Shown here: piece after piece, positions 1 through 10,000 of the stretch | Position numbering within the stretch: the stretch's first letter is position 1 | How the letters are laid out: each line of letters begins with the position of its first letter | Virus record (IMG/VR): IMGVR_UViG_2663763079_000004 | Coordinates: 1 to 64,000 of that record | Direction: 5' to 3' (one strand) | Source: an uncultured virus (IMG/VR IMGVR_UViG_2663763079_000004) | Taxonomy: Duplodnaviria > Heunggongvirae > Uroviricota > Caudoviricetes | DNA: 64,000 nt | Notes under the pieces: model-generated | What the model saw: only the letters and a program-made list of their open reading frames with translations | What the model was told of the DNA's origin: nothing | Databases searched by the model: none | Made by a program: the position numbers and the translations under genes

Positions 1-1128
1 TCATAAGGCCACAGTTGTCCACCCCTTCCCTCGATCATCATGGTACCTATCCGTTTGTTGTTGAGTTTTATGTCCAAGTAAATCTTTCGTGTTTATACCC
101 TGGGCTTTATATAACCGCTCGGAAAGCGATCTTTGTTCATGGAAAGTTGCCGGTGTACCTTGTCCCCAGTCAATATCTGCACTGTCTCTTGCCTTGCTGA
201 AATTCATGGTCAGTGTTCTGGGTTTCACCTGTGCTCCTCGCTCAGCCTGTGAGGTGGTTCTAAAGAAATGAACCAAATAAGGGCTTACTGCATAATCCCG
301 GCAACGACTGATTACATCTCGGAGGCTCCAGTTGATTGCGTTGCAACGCAGAGCTAATGGTATAGCGATTTTGCTTCCGGTTTTCTCTTGCTCAACGTGT
401 AGATGATCGTCCCAGATGTCTGAGAATTTCATACGGGATATATCACCTAGTCGCTGTCCTGTTACTATGGCTAAAAGCATGGCGTTCCCCATGTATTTGT
501 GATTTTCATCGGCTATATCAAAAATCTTTTGCCATTCCTCAAGAGTGAGGCGCTGGCGAGTGATCTTTCTACGAGGTTGTTTAGTTGCTAGTGCAGGGTT
601 ATAACCAGGAGGTACTTCTCCCGCATGCTGAGCTTCTTTAAAAACATCTATTAGGACAGAGCGGATGACCTGAGCCATTCTGGGTTGTCCCTCCGCTAAA
701 TATTCATCAAGAATTTGCGCAACATCTCGAACATTGACAGCGGATATTAATTTCATTCCTACCCGCTCCTTAAGCAGAGATACTGGTTTTGCTTTTTGTT
801 TGATAGTGTTTTCTTTAATATCTCCGGACTTTAATCTTTCCTGCTGAATCTTCCAGTAACGTTCAAGCCAAGTGTTAGTTGATATTGATTTTCCTGAGCT
901 GGCGGAAATTCTGTCAGTGATTGCCATTATCTGGCGGGTTTGTTGTTCCGCCAGTCTTTTATTTGCTTCAATAGCTATTGCCGTGGCCTCTGCTTCATCT
1001 GTTCCTAGACTATGAAACTTACCAGTTATCGGGTGCTTATAACGCCAGTATACTTTATTAACCTTTCTACTGAAGAGCGGGTATAAATTTGGAATAGATA
1101 TATTATTTTTACGTGGTCTGGCAGCCAT
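1..1128 (-). CDS. int: Tyrosine integrase, lambda/phage 21 type
   Basis: N-terminal arm-binding domain; catalytic motifs TGQR, HEQR, LGH and Y in TDRYHD. Confidence 0.95.
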   Translation of the reverse strand: MAARPRKNNISIPNLYPLFSRKVNKVYWRYKHPITGKFHSLGTDEAEATAIAIEANKRLAEQQTRQIMAITDRISASSGKSISTNTWLERYWKIQQERLKSGDIKENTIKQKAKPVSLLKERVGMKLISAVNVRDVAQILDEYLAEGQPRMAQVIRSVLIDVFKEAQHAGEVPPGYNPALATKQPRRKITRQRLTLEEWQKIFDIADENHKYMGNAMLLAIVTGQRLGDISRMKFSDIWDDHLHVEQEKTGSKIAIPLALRCNAINWSLRDVISRCRDYAVSPYLVHFFRTTSQAERGAQVKPRTLTMNFSKARDSADIDWGQGTPATFHEQRSLSERLYKAQGINTKDLLGHKTQQQTDRYHDDRGKGWTTVAL

Positions 1129-1354
1129 CGTTCAAAATCCTCTGCAAAAGAACAGGGTCGCTTTTCTTTACTACAGGAGTGGTCAATGTACCGACCAACT
1201 CAGCATCCTCCCTGACGCGCCAGAATCGACCTTCTTTTTTGGCTGGGGGAGAAAACATATTCTGTTTAGCATAATTCCTGAGAGTGGAAACACTTGGAGG
1301 ATTGCTTCTGTATTTCTCGTTTGCCCACTCTTCAAGGGTTAACATCTGGAGCAT
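1109..1354 (-). CDS. xis: Excisionase
   Basis: MLQMLTLEEW...PPAKKEGRFWRV Xis-like winged helix; overlaps int start; GAGG RBS. Confidence 0.88.
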   Translation of the reverse strand: MLQMLTLEEWANEKYRSNPPSVSTLRNYAKQNMFSPPAKKEGRFWRVREDAELVGTLTTPVVKKSDPVLLQRILNDGCQTT

Positions 1355-1406
1355 ATGTTTTACCTCATTATGGCCCATTGCTGGGCCAGTATCTGAAAAT
1401 AAAAAA

Positions 1407-1770
1407 TCAGTCTTGCATCAATTTTTGCAGCACCTGATTGCCGGTAATTATTCGCTGCCAGATCGCTGATACATAGCGGGCCTGATGAATAGCATCAGCG
1501 AGGGCATTGTGACGAGACCCTTCAAACGGGATCGTTGTTTTGGGGTCGAAGCTAATGACCTGGCCGAGCTCTAACATTGTTCGTACGTCCCGATCGTTCC
1601 AGTATTCCCACGGATAATCTTCAGCAATGCAATCGTAAGAAGAACGCAGAATAGAGTTATCGAATTTTGCGCTCGGCGCGAGAATCGGATTTAGCAGAGA
1701 ACCAGCAGAAGAGACTTTTCGCTTCGTTTGCTTTTGCCTTAGCTTTAATGAGATACGGGTAGTTGTTCAT
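1407..1770 (-). pseudogene. Internally deleted RecE-like / 3'-5' exonuclease gene
   Basis: N-terminus MNNYPYLIKAKAK...RAERKI joined out of frame at ~1661-1668 to a DEDDh-type C-terminus FDNSILRSSY...RDVRT...HNALADAIHQA. Confidence 0.75.
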
Positions 1771-1834
1771 TGCGTTTGGGCTCCTTTGGATTGTAAGATA
1801 CCCGGCAGCTGATGGCAGCCGCCCTGGTGGTGGT

Positions 1835-2300
1835 CATTGGTCAAAACTCGATTCCGGAAAGCTTTGGTCGGCTGACCGGGTACTTAACCCGCCTTGTGCG
1901 GGTTTTGTGCTTTATGGGGCTGGCGAATCGCCCCGCAGCAGCTGCGATACGCGAACGTCGTCAAGCGCTCGCAGGATAGGCTCAAAAGTTTTATGGGCTG
2001 GCAGTTTAGATACCGCAGTGATCACTTCTGTAACGGTGATGTCATCACCGCGGGGGCTATAACCACCACCTGGGCCACGCTGTGAAATTACCAGGTTACC
2101 CGCCCGCAGCTTTTTGAAGATCTGCTCAAGGTATGAAGTAGACAGCTTTGACTCTTTACTGATGGCCGTCAGTGAAACAGGCGAGCCGTCATAGAGCTTA
2201 TTCAAAGTGGCGGCGGCCTGGACAGATGCCAGAACGCGTTTCATTCCAAATTCCATAATCACTTCTCCGGCCGTAATGGCCATTGGTCAAAACTCGATTC
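1835..2300. repeat. 20-bp direct repeats CATTGGTCAAAACTCGATTC bracketing the Rrf2 gene
   Basis: Identical copies at 1835-1854 and 2281-2300. Confidence 0.9.
1912..2256 (-). CDS. Rrf2-family winged-HTH regulator
   Basis: SYLEQIFKKLRAGNLVISQRGPGGGY signature; no Fe-S cysteines. Confidence 0.85.
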   Translation of the reverse strand: MEFGMKRVLASVQAAATLNKLYDGSPVSLTAISKESKLSTSYLEQIFKKLRAGNLVISQRGPGGGYSPRGDDITVTEVITAVSKLPAHKTFEPILRALDDVRVSQLLRGDSPAP

Positions 2301-2493
2301 AAAAACTCACTGCAGGCTGTTGGTCGTCAGCCATTTTTTGTGCATTTCGGTAGGGGAGGCACTGGCCCTGTACTTTTTGTTCATCGGCGTTGCTGTTGCA
2401 ACTGGCCTCTGATGGATAAACACCGATCAGAACATCAGAGCATTCACCAGTGAGAGCACATACGCTGATGACAAGGGCAAACAGGGTATTCAT
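2299..2493 (-). CDS. DUF1482 / YdfD-like protein
   Basis: 64 aa, hydrophobic N-terminus, conserved Cys pattern ending GQCLP, pL-operon position. Confidence 0.7.
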   Translation of the reverse strand: MNTLFALVISVCALTGECSDVLIGVYPSEASCNSNADEQKVQGQCLPYRNAQKMADDQQPAVSF

Positions 2494-2612
2494 GCCTCAG
2501 CCTCAGGGTTTCCTTTCTGCGCCAGCAAGTAACACAGCTGGCGTAGTCTCACCTCGAACCAGTTCAGGTGGGTCGCCTGGTTGCCGGTAGGTACTCGGGC
2601 AAAATCCTTCAT
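2490..2612 (-). CDS. YdaF-like 40-aa prophage protein
   Basis: Manual translation MKDFARVPTGNQATHLNWFEVRLRQLCYLLAQKGNPEAEA; GGAG RBS; ATGA overlap with next gene. Confidence 0.7.
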   Translation of the reverse strand: MKDFARVPTGNQATHLNWFEVRLRQLCYLLAQKGNPEAEA

Positions 2613-2655
2613 AGTTATCTCCAGTTAACTCAGTATTAGCATGTGGTTTTGCAAT

Positions 2656-2786
2656 GCGGCGCCGGGTGCCTCCCGGTGACGGCAGCCAGTTAACAACTAC
2701 CGCCGACAACTTTTTCCCCACAACATGTGAATAACCGCCATGTTTATTTTTTAACTGTGCCGCGTGCGCATAGCCGCATTCACCGC
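2656..2786 (-). ncRNA. Structured RNA motif copy A, inside a 15-bp inverted repeat (2645-2659 / 2783-2797)
   Basis: Minus strand reads GCGGTGAAT-GCGGCTATGCGCACGC...CACCGGGAGGCACCCGGCGCCGC, same architecture as copies at 17937 and 18427. Confidence 0.6.
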
Positions 2787-2882
2787 ATTGCAAAACCTAC
2801 TAGTCGTGATGCCTGTCTTTTCACCACTTCAGGCTCGGTGGTATTCTTGGCGCTCTCACACAGCCAAATAAAAGAGAGCAAA

Positions 2883-3197
2883 ATGTCTCGTAGCCCTATA
2901 CCTGTCTTCTGGTACGAAAATCCCGCTCACTATGAAGGATTCCAAAAAATCCTTTCAGATGCTTACGTCCTTCCCTTTGACTACCACGACTGGCGTATCC
3001 GCACCGATAGCATGGTGGAGCGCTACGAAAACAGCGGTATCCAGGCTGTGAAGGTGGTAGCCAGCACTTACGATTTCATCACCTGGTGCCAGGCCCATGG
3101 ACGTGATATCAGTACCAAAAGCTGCAATGATTACGCGGTCTCCGAATCGGGCCTCCAAATCCTGCGCGACAGAGAGTTTGATTGGGGAGACGAGTAA
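2883..3197 (+). CDS. Hypothetical moron protein antisense to the pL operon
   Basis: 104-aa ORF, purine-rich RBS, upstream motif also found in prophage 2. Confidence 0.65.
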   Translation: MSRSPIPVFWYENPAHYEGFQKILSDAYVLPFDYHDWRIRTDSMVERYENSGIQAVKVVASTYDFITWCQAHGRDISTKSCNDYAVSESGLQILRDREFDWGDE

Positions 3198-3313
3198 AAA
3201 GTAAATTTTCCCTATCTTGGATATATCTATTCTCATAGTGATGTCCTATCTCATGCCTGTAACGCCGGCCGGCGGAACGTTTAAACCTGCTGCGAATTCT
3301 TCTTGTCGTCATC

Positions 3314-3370
3314 TCATCCGGTGTTTCGTATGCCGCCGGCAGCTACTTCGTGGGCTTCCTGCCTCGATGA
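3314..3370 (-). ncRNA. Conserved pL leader RNA motif (prophage 1 copy)
   Basis: GGCAGGAAGCCCACGAAGTAGCTGCCGGCGGCATACGAAACACCGGATGA; homologous to 63332-63396. Confidence 0.5.
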
Positions 3371-3390
3371 CCCATACTGCTTTGTGTGTT

Positions 3391-3440
3391 TTGAAGTTTC
3401 ACATGTCGTGAAATTGTTGTCAATACAAAATGTGAAATCA
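3391..3440 (-). promoter_or_regulatory. pL promoter with repressor operators
   Basis: TTGACA-17 nt-GAAACT on minus strand overlapping palindrome TTTCACATGTCGTGAAA (3397-3413). Confidence 0.65.
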
Positions 3441-3526
3441 AAATTACTCATTTTGTGTAATTTATTGGTAAGTGTACAAAAAAACCGGCTCAAGGCCGGT
3501 TATGCAATGCTTATTTTTTGATTGAG

Positions 3527-3910
3527 TTAGGTGGGGTTGTATCTTCCGCGTAGGTATTTTTCTACATACTCATCAATTTCTTTAAGTCTAAGCTCAAAGG
3601 TATCGATCATGCGTTCCTGTTCAGCTTCAGGCAATTGATTGAATAGGGAAAGAACCCTTTTTTGTTTGTCTGTTAACCAGTTCGATGGATCACTTTGTTC
3701 GCCAAATAAAATCATAACGGGCGTGGTGCCTAATGCTTTCGCTAAGGACAATGCATCATCTACACCAACGTTTCGATTGCCATATTCATAATTGGCGACA
3801 CGCGACGCCCCAGACCAGCCACATAATTTCGCAAGCTGCCCTTGGCTCATTCCTTTCTCAGTTCTTAGCGCCTTGATGCGCTCACCGATTTCTTCAGCAA
3901 GTGTCTTCAT
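3527..3910 (-). CDS. cI: CI-like repressor (XRE HTH, no S24 peptidase domain)
   Basis: HTH RIKALRTEKGMSQGQLAK...VANYEYG; divergent from cro; only 127 aa. Confidence 0.85.
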   Translation of the reverse strand: MKTLAEEIGERIKALRTEKGMSQGQLAKLCGWSGASRVANYEYGNRNVGVDDALSLAKALGTTPVMILFGEQSDPSNWLTDKQKRVLSLFNQLPEAEQERMIDTFELRLKEIDEYVEKYLRGRYNPT

Positions 3911-3917
3911 ACCCTCA

Positions 3918-3990
3918 CTTTATCACGAAGAGTGAATATTGGGGATTCACGTTTTGTATTGACAGATATTTCACGATGTGTGAACATTGT
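3918..3990 (+). promoter_or_regulatory. pR / oR region
   Basis: TTGACA at 3959-3964; operator-like TATCACGAAGAGTGAA (3921-3936) and TTTCACGATGTGTGAA (3969-3984). Confidence 0.65.
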
Positions 3991-4011
3991 TTTACACAAC
4001 AGGAGAACTGT

Positions 4012-4236
4012 ATGAACTACATTTCGCATTTACGGAAAAAAGCCAACATTTCGCAGCAAGCCTTGGCTAAAGCGGCTGGTTGGAACCAACCTCGGTTAGC
4101 CAACTATGAAAAATCCTTACGCGTTCCAAGCCTAGCTGATTCTCGTCATATCGTGGCCGCACTTAATACGTTAGGGGTTAGTTGTTCGCTTGATGATGTA
4201 TTTCCTCCAGAACCCTCAAATCCTAGGGAGAAATAA
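4012..4236 (+). CDS. cro: Cro-like regulator
   Basis: 74-aa XRE HTH, AGGAG RBS, divergent from cI. Confidence 0.85.
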   Translation: MNYISHLRKKANISQQALAKAAGWNQPRLANYEKSLRVPSLADSRHIVAALNTLGVSCSLDDVFPPEPSNPREK

Positions 4237-4238
4237 AA

Positions 4239-4793
4239 ATGCAAACCATCTCTTTTGAAAATTATACCCAAGACATGGCGGTGCAACTGAAAACCAAAAA
4301 TCACTATTCGCTGATGCGCCGCGATCGCCAGAAGTGTAGGGCTATTTTTGCCGCTGTTCAGGAATGGGAATCTTCATTACCTGGTCGCGCGCAGGAGCTC
4401 GTCGCAAAGCTGGTGGCCGAACAGTGGGAGAAACAAAACGGTCGCGGCATCAGCGTTAATAAACAAAATCTGTACCGCTACCTGAAAAACGAATCTGGAT
4501 CAGAGAAGTACGCCAGTTACGTCATGCAGCTTTCAGGAGCGATCGCTGATGCAATGCCTATTGAGATTGCGCGCAAACACGGATTGAAACGTGGGTTGAC
4601 TGAAAGCGAGCTGGTGGCTCAAGCAATTAAAGAGTGTAGCGAAGCGCACCAGGCAAAATTGCTTGGCGCTCCGTTACAAAAGTTAGAGCGTGAAATTCGG
4701 GAGGCAGCAATTGCACTTTTTAACATGCTACCTGCAGATGCGGCGGGACCACTACTGGCGAGCATAAGCGCCGTAGCGCCACAGTTTTTTTAA
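4239..4793 (+). CDS. CII-like / YdaT-family regulator
   Basis: Position after cro; C-terminal AIKECSEAHQAKLLGAP helical motif. Confidence 0.7.
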   Translation: MQTISFENYTQDMAVQLKTKNHYSLMRRDRQKCRAIFAAVQEWESSLPGRAQELVAKLVAEQWEKQNGRGISVNKQNLYRYLKNESGSEKYASYVMQLSGAIADAMPIEIARKHGLKRGLTESELVAQAIKECSEAHQAKLLGAPLQKLEREIREAAIALFNMLPADAAGPLLASISAVAPQFF

Positions 4794-4837
4794 TCGAGTT
4801 TTGACAATGAGTACCGTACAGAAAATAGGGGGGCTTC

Positions 4838-5857
4838 ATGAGCATTGATGCAATGCGATGGGCCAAAAAAGTCAAGACAGGGAAGTCCTCTGCAAAAGCT
4901 GTTCTGACCTGGATGGCCGACATGTGCGGAGCTGATCTCTGTGCTTTTCCATCCATTCCTGCGCTGGCTGAAGCAACTGAGCTGGATAAGAAAACGGTCC
5001 AGTCGAGCCTGCAGTATCTGGTTTCGATCGGGCTTATTGAAGATACAGGTGAACGGCGTGGAAAGACTAAACAAATCCCGGTTTACAGGCTTCTTGGTGT
5101 GGAAGAAAGCGTTGCCGAAATTGAACACACCCAAAAACGGGAACATTACCAAAAACGGGATCGTTTAAACACACCCGAAAACGGGGTTGTTACAGCAGAA
5201 AAGGCACCCGAAAAAGGGACTGTTTCCTGTACACAAAAAAAACAAACGATCCCGTTTTTTCCGTCAAACGATCCCAAAAACGGGATCCGGAATCTACCAG
5301 AGGAACCAAAAGATATAACCCCCACACATAGGGTTTTGGTCGGACCAGTTGTGCCTGACTATCCGAATCAACCGGGAATAGTTCCTGGTGAAACACAAGC
5401 ATTCGGAAAATTTGCGATGTATTTCGGATGGAAACCTTCCGAGGATTTTCCCCGACTGGCAACGATTTGGGGAATGCCATTAAGACCGGGGATAAATCTT
5501 GCGGCCGAGTTGAGCAGTTTCATCGCGTACTGGCAGGCTGAAGGCAGGGCGTTTCACCAGGTCCAGTGGGAGCAAAAACTAGCAAGACATCTTAACCGTG
5601 CGGAAGTCCGCCAGAAAAAACCAGTGAATGGGGTTAACGATCATGTGGGAGTACGAGCAGAGCCAGCAGCATCCAGAGCTGTTCAACAGATTCGAGCCGC
5701 CCGAGAGCAACGGTTGCGAGTTGCAGGCACAGACGGCCGTAGAAACGGCGTGGCGCTTATGGGAAGTGATGGGCGAAATCTTTTCGAACCGATGGATCCT
5801 GAAGAACGGAGAGGAACCATCAGAACTCTGGATCGCTCAGATTGGGTCGATGAGTGA
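4838..5857 (+). CDS. Replication initiator (N-terminal HTH, C-terminal DnaT-like)
   Basis: [10 protein letters not shown]...[35 protein letters not shown] motif; internal iterons. Confidence 0.85.
   Translation: MSIDAMRWAKKVKTGKSSAKAVLTWMADMCGADLCAFPSIPALAEATELDKKTVQSSLQYLVSIGLIEDTGERRGKTKQIPVYRLLGVEESVAEIEHTQKREHYQKRDRLNTPENGVVTAEKAPEKGTVSCTQKKQTIPFFPSNDPKNGIRNLPEEPKDITPTHRVLVGPVVPDYPNQPGIVPGETQAFGKFAMYFGWKPSEDFPRLATIWGMPLRPGINLAAELSSFIAYWQAEGRAFHQVQWEQKLARHLNRAEVRQKKPVNGVNDHVGVRAEPAASRAVQQIRAAREQRLRVAGTDGRRNGVALMGSDGRNLFEPMDPEERRGTIRTLDRSDWVDE
5130..5285. repeat. Replication origin iterons (CCC[A/G]AAAACGGG-like)
   Basis: Copies at 5130, 5148, 5174, 5207, 5273, an inverted copy near 5250 and an adjacent A-tract, all inside the initiator gene. 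Confidence 0.8.
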
Positions 5858-6314
5858 AGCCCAGATTACGCTGGTTTGCCGGCAGTGCATGGAGCGTTGC
5901 GCCGCAGGCAGCACATGGCCGCCGGATCTTGCTGAGTTCGTTGCGCTGGTGTCTGCCAGCGGTGCTAATCCATTCAATCTGACATCCGATGCAGTGATGG
6001 CGGAGTACAAACGCTGGAGAAACGAGTCTTACCGATATTCGGGAAGCGACAAATACCCATGGAAACAGGATGTTCTGTATCACATTTGCATTGAGATGCG
6101 CAGAACTGGAGTTGAGAGGAACCTGACGGAGGGAGAGCTGAAAAAACTGGCAGAAAACTTACTCACGAAATGGACCAAACACCTGGCTAACGGGTTTTCG
6201 ATTCCCCCGATTCGTCGGCAGTTGGCAGCACCGAGGCATCCAGCAGGGCCGACGCCAGCGCAGGTTCTGATGGAAGAGTACAAACGCCGCAAGGCGGCAG
6301 GTTTAACCAAGTAA
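5628..6314 (+). CDS. Replication protein P-like (start uncertain)
   Basis: WPPDLAEF motif; overlaps initiator end. Confidence 0.75.
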   Translation: MGLTIMWEYEQSQQHPELFNRFEPPESNGCELQAQTAVETAWRLWEVMGEIFSNRWILKNGEEPSELWIAQIGSMSEAQITLVCRQCMERCAAGSTWPPDLAEFVALVSASGANPFNLTSDAVMAEYKRWRNESYRYSGSDKYPWKQDVLYHICIEMRRTGVERNLTEGELKKLAENLLTKWTKHLANGFSIPPIRRQLAAPRHPAGPTPAQVLMEEYKRRKAAGLTK

Positions 6315-6327
6315 ACGAGTTTTGACC

Positions 6328-6777
6328 ATGACCAAACAATCAAAAACCAAAGTAACCAAAGCGCAGATGGTGCTTGCCATCGTTAGCCGGACGCCAGAAT
6401 GCGTCCTGCAGGATGTCTGCGATGCACTCGACTTGCAAGCCAGTACAGCAGGTAACACGCTGCGGCAGCTACATGCCGCGGGAAAACTCCATCGTACTCA
6501 TAACGGCTGCCAGTATGTCTATCGAGTGGTTTCAGGCATTGAGGTTCCAGATGTTGCCCTGCTGCAGGCTGCAACACAATTATCTGAAGAGGATGTAAAA
6601 AAAGTCCAGGGCGCGTTGTCTCTGGCTAAGGCGCTGGAAGACAAAAAGCTGTGGCGCCGGGGTTCGACTGTTTACACATCGATGCTTGGTATGACTACAA
6701 CAGCAAACGAACTATGGTTGCTTGCCAAAATGCATAACCGCTGCCTGCGCATGCGGCGAGGTGCTGATTATGCCTAA
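6328..6777 (+). CDS. Winged-HTH + PerC-like protein
   Basis: N-terminal wHTH; AKALEDKKLWRR resembles the PerC motif. Confidence 0.6.
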   Translation: MTKQSKTKVTKAQMVLAIVSRTPECVLQDVCDALDLQASTAGNTLRQLHAAGKLHRTHNGCQYVYRVVSGIEVPDVALLQAATQLSEEDVKKVQGALSLAKALEDKKLWRRGSTVYTSMLGMTTTANELWLLAKMHNRCLRMRRGADYA

Positions 6778-6848
6778 AATGGAATCATCAGCAGCTGGTA
6801 CGGGATGTCAAAGCTAAGTTTAATTATTCCGGGGTGAGGCAAAGCTGA

Positions 6849-6917
6849 GATGTCAGCTGAGTGCCAAAAGCGGAAGTAACTAACAGCAGTCTGTGTGAAA
6901 ATACGGGGAGCAGGTTA
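6849..6917 (-). repeat. Left boundary element of the defence cassette
   Basis: Minus strand TAACCTGCTCCCCGT...TGTTAGTTACTTCCGCTTTTGGCACTCAGCTGAC; inverted counterpart at 13440-13526. Confidence 0.55.
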
Positions 6918-7079
6918 GTACTCCTTAATTACGCCCAACTGGTCGATGTTGGTGATGTGGAAAACCACGAGAAGAGGTGTCAGAAATCGACTTTAATACA
7001 TCCGGTCTCAAAATGGTCGATTAAGACTCTATATTTCAGACTATTAGTCTCTAAAAGTGGTTTTCCACACGGTTGACCT

Positions 7080-10000
7080 TCAAACAACATTAAGTATTGA
7101 TTCAATCCTTTTTTTTGCCTGACTGGTCAGGCGCTTAATTCCAAGCGAGCGGGTCATTTCCTGTATCTTATTGTCACCTTTAATACTCAGCGCCAGTGCG
7201 CGTAATTCCTCACTAGGGATCGCGTCAACCTGGCGAATGTCGTTATCCGTGGCAGGCAAACGAAACGCATTCCAGTCAGCACGTTGCTCAGCGGACAGCC
7301 AGACGAAGTTTTCACCTGAGTGATCGGCTGCAAGGTGATAGTGTTGATCCACAATTTCCATTACGCGTTCACGTATCAGTCTGCCAGCGCGAGTGAAGCC
7401 GTGTATACGTGCGATGCGGTGCACAAGCGTTGTATCCAGAACGGGTGATTCACTTGTTACCACCGCTTCAATGAGGGTTTTAAGTGTCTCATCATATTCA
7501 GCGATATAGAATTGTTCTGCATCTGTCCTGTCGTGCCATTCCTGAAGATCGTTAACGACATACTTACCGGCATGCGCTGGCTTGTTGTTATTCTGAGAAG
7601 CTGTAGATGCATACTTCAACTCAGTGCCACCATCATCTTCGCTTACTTCGGCGGGAGGCGTGATGATAGGGTTTACTGACGTGGATATTTCTTCATCATT
7701 AGCGACAGGTGTAATTTCAGATACCAGTATGTCTTCACTGGCATCATTGGTTACGTGACCGATGACTGGCGTAATCTGCTTTTGTTTTTCTGCTTCAGCA
7801 ATCAGTGCGGCTTCCGCTGCTCTGGATTCCTCCAGCAGGCGATTTATTGCTGTATCCAGCCTGTCGAGTGCACCTTCTTTATCAATCCACCATTCAGTTG
7901 ACCAGAGGCGCAGTAATTTCCAGCCCAGGCCCTGTAGGATAGCGCTGCGGACTTTATCGCGATCGCGTGCTGTTGCTGCGCTATGGTAAGTGGCACCGTC
8001 ACATTCAACACCGACAAGATAGTCGCCAGGCTTATCCGGATGAACGATCCCCAAATCAATACGGAAACGGGATACGCCAATTTGCGGGACAACATGCCAG
8101 CCTTTTCTCCTCAGACCATTTGCTACTGCCTCTTCAAACGGTGAGTCATAACCGCCTACAGACCCACGTACTGCCTGAGAAAGAGCTTCAGGGCCGCGCT
8201 GGGCAAACTCAATAAAGTGTTTGAGGTCAGCAACCGCGCGGGCGCTGGTCCGATTAAGGTCGATGAAGGAAGGATCGAACGAGCTGAAGACCATCATTTC
8301 CTGTCGCGCACGTGTGACGGCAACATTCAGCCGGCGCCAGCCTCCCTCGCGATTAAGCGGGCCAAAATTCATCGACATTGTATTTGCGCCCGGCTCAGTC
8401 GGGCCGTACCCGATGCTAATTATGATCAAATCGCGTTCATCCCCCTGAACCGTTTCGAGGTTTTTAACCACAACAGGTTCTTCCAGTTCAGACTGGAAGA
8501 AGGGTTCAATTTCAGGGTGATGCTGTCTGGCACGGTCCAGCAGATCGCTGACTAGCTTTTGCTGTTCAGTATTCAGCGTGATAATGCCTATCGATCTGCC
8601 TGATGCAACGAACTCTTTATCAGTCAGTCGCTTCACCGTTTCAGCGACGATCGCTTCTGCCTCGACCTGATTATGACGTCCTTTCCCTTTAGAGTAGACG
8701 CCTGTAACCTTGCACCACTGGACAGCACTTTGCTTTGTTTCGGAAGCGGGGAACGTAATCAGGTTGCTGTCATAGTAGCGATGGTTGGAGAAGGTAATCA
8801 GGCTTTCATGACGGCTCCGGTAATGCCAGCTCAGGCTGTGGTTATACAGGCCGGCAGCAAGACACTCATCCAGAATGCTTTCCATATCTTCTTCAGTATC
8901 ATCGTCCGTGTCATTAGCTGCACGATTAAAGAAGCTGGTTGGCGGCATCTGGCGGGGATCACCGGCGATTACCACCTGTTTGCCACGCGCCATGGTGCCG
9001 ATAGCATCCCACGGGGCAATCTGCGATGCCTCATCGAAAATCACCAGATCAAACAAGGCTTGGTCGGAGGGCAGGAACTGGGCGACTGAAAGCGGACTCA
9101 TCAGCATGCAGGGGGCAAGTTTGGCCATGGCATCGCCCATTTCGGCTGCCATCTGGCGTACCGGTTTATGACGACGGGATTTCTGTAGTTCATGTTTAAG
9201 CAGTGCAAAACCACTCTGCTTGCTGACCTCATTTTTTGCAGGAATGACGCCACATAAACGAGCACGGATATAGCGTACTGTCAGTTTGGCCAGACGATCG
9301 GTTTGAGCACGGTAAGCCTCAATATCACTCATGTGCTCAGCCGGCACAAAATTGTGCAGCAGCGGCTCTGAATCGATCATCCACGATGCAAACCAGCGGC
9401 AATAGGCAGTTTCAAAAATCTCTGCAGCGCTTATTTCTCCTGAGTTAACATGGATCAGCGCGTTGATCACTGGCTGCAGGCCATGTGAAATCGCTTCCTC
9501 ACGTACACGGCTCCAGTCACTCCAGGCTTTAAGAGCAGACTGATGTTGCAGGATATTGAGTGCGCAGTCACGCAGTGCCGGGAGCGATGGTTTGTCCTCA
9601 GCTGGTTTTATCAGATTGCAGAAGCTAACCTGTGCATCATTGAAATTGGCGATTGCTGTGCGCAGTTTCCGAGTCAGGGCGGAGATAACACCCTGCGAAC
9701 CGAGAAGGTCATTGGCATCAATAATCAGATTTTTTACAGCAGTGCGGATCTCGACCAACTGCTGTGGCGAAGAAGCAAAACCACCAAGCGAATTGCGGAT
9801 AGATTCTGCAAGTTCCAGGGTGGTCTGCAACTGTGCAACGTTGGTATCCAGCCCAGCCCATCCCGGCAGGAATAAAGTGACAGAGTTAAGCTCGGTCAGA
9901 CGTTGCAGCAATGTCTGCAGAGTTTCAGCAATGGGGAGATCAACGGATAAGTCGGGAGCTGACGTTAGCGAGTATTGTCGGATAACTTCACCAATGACTT

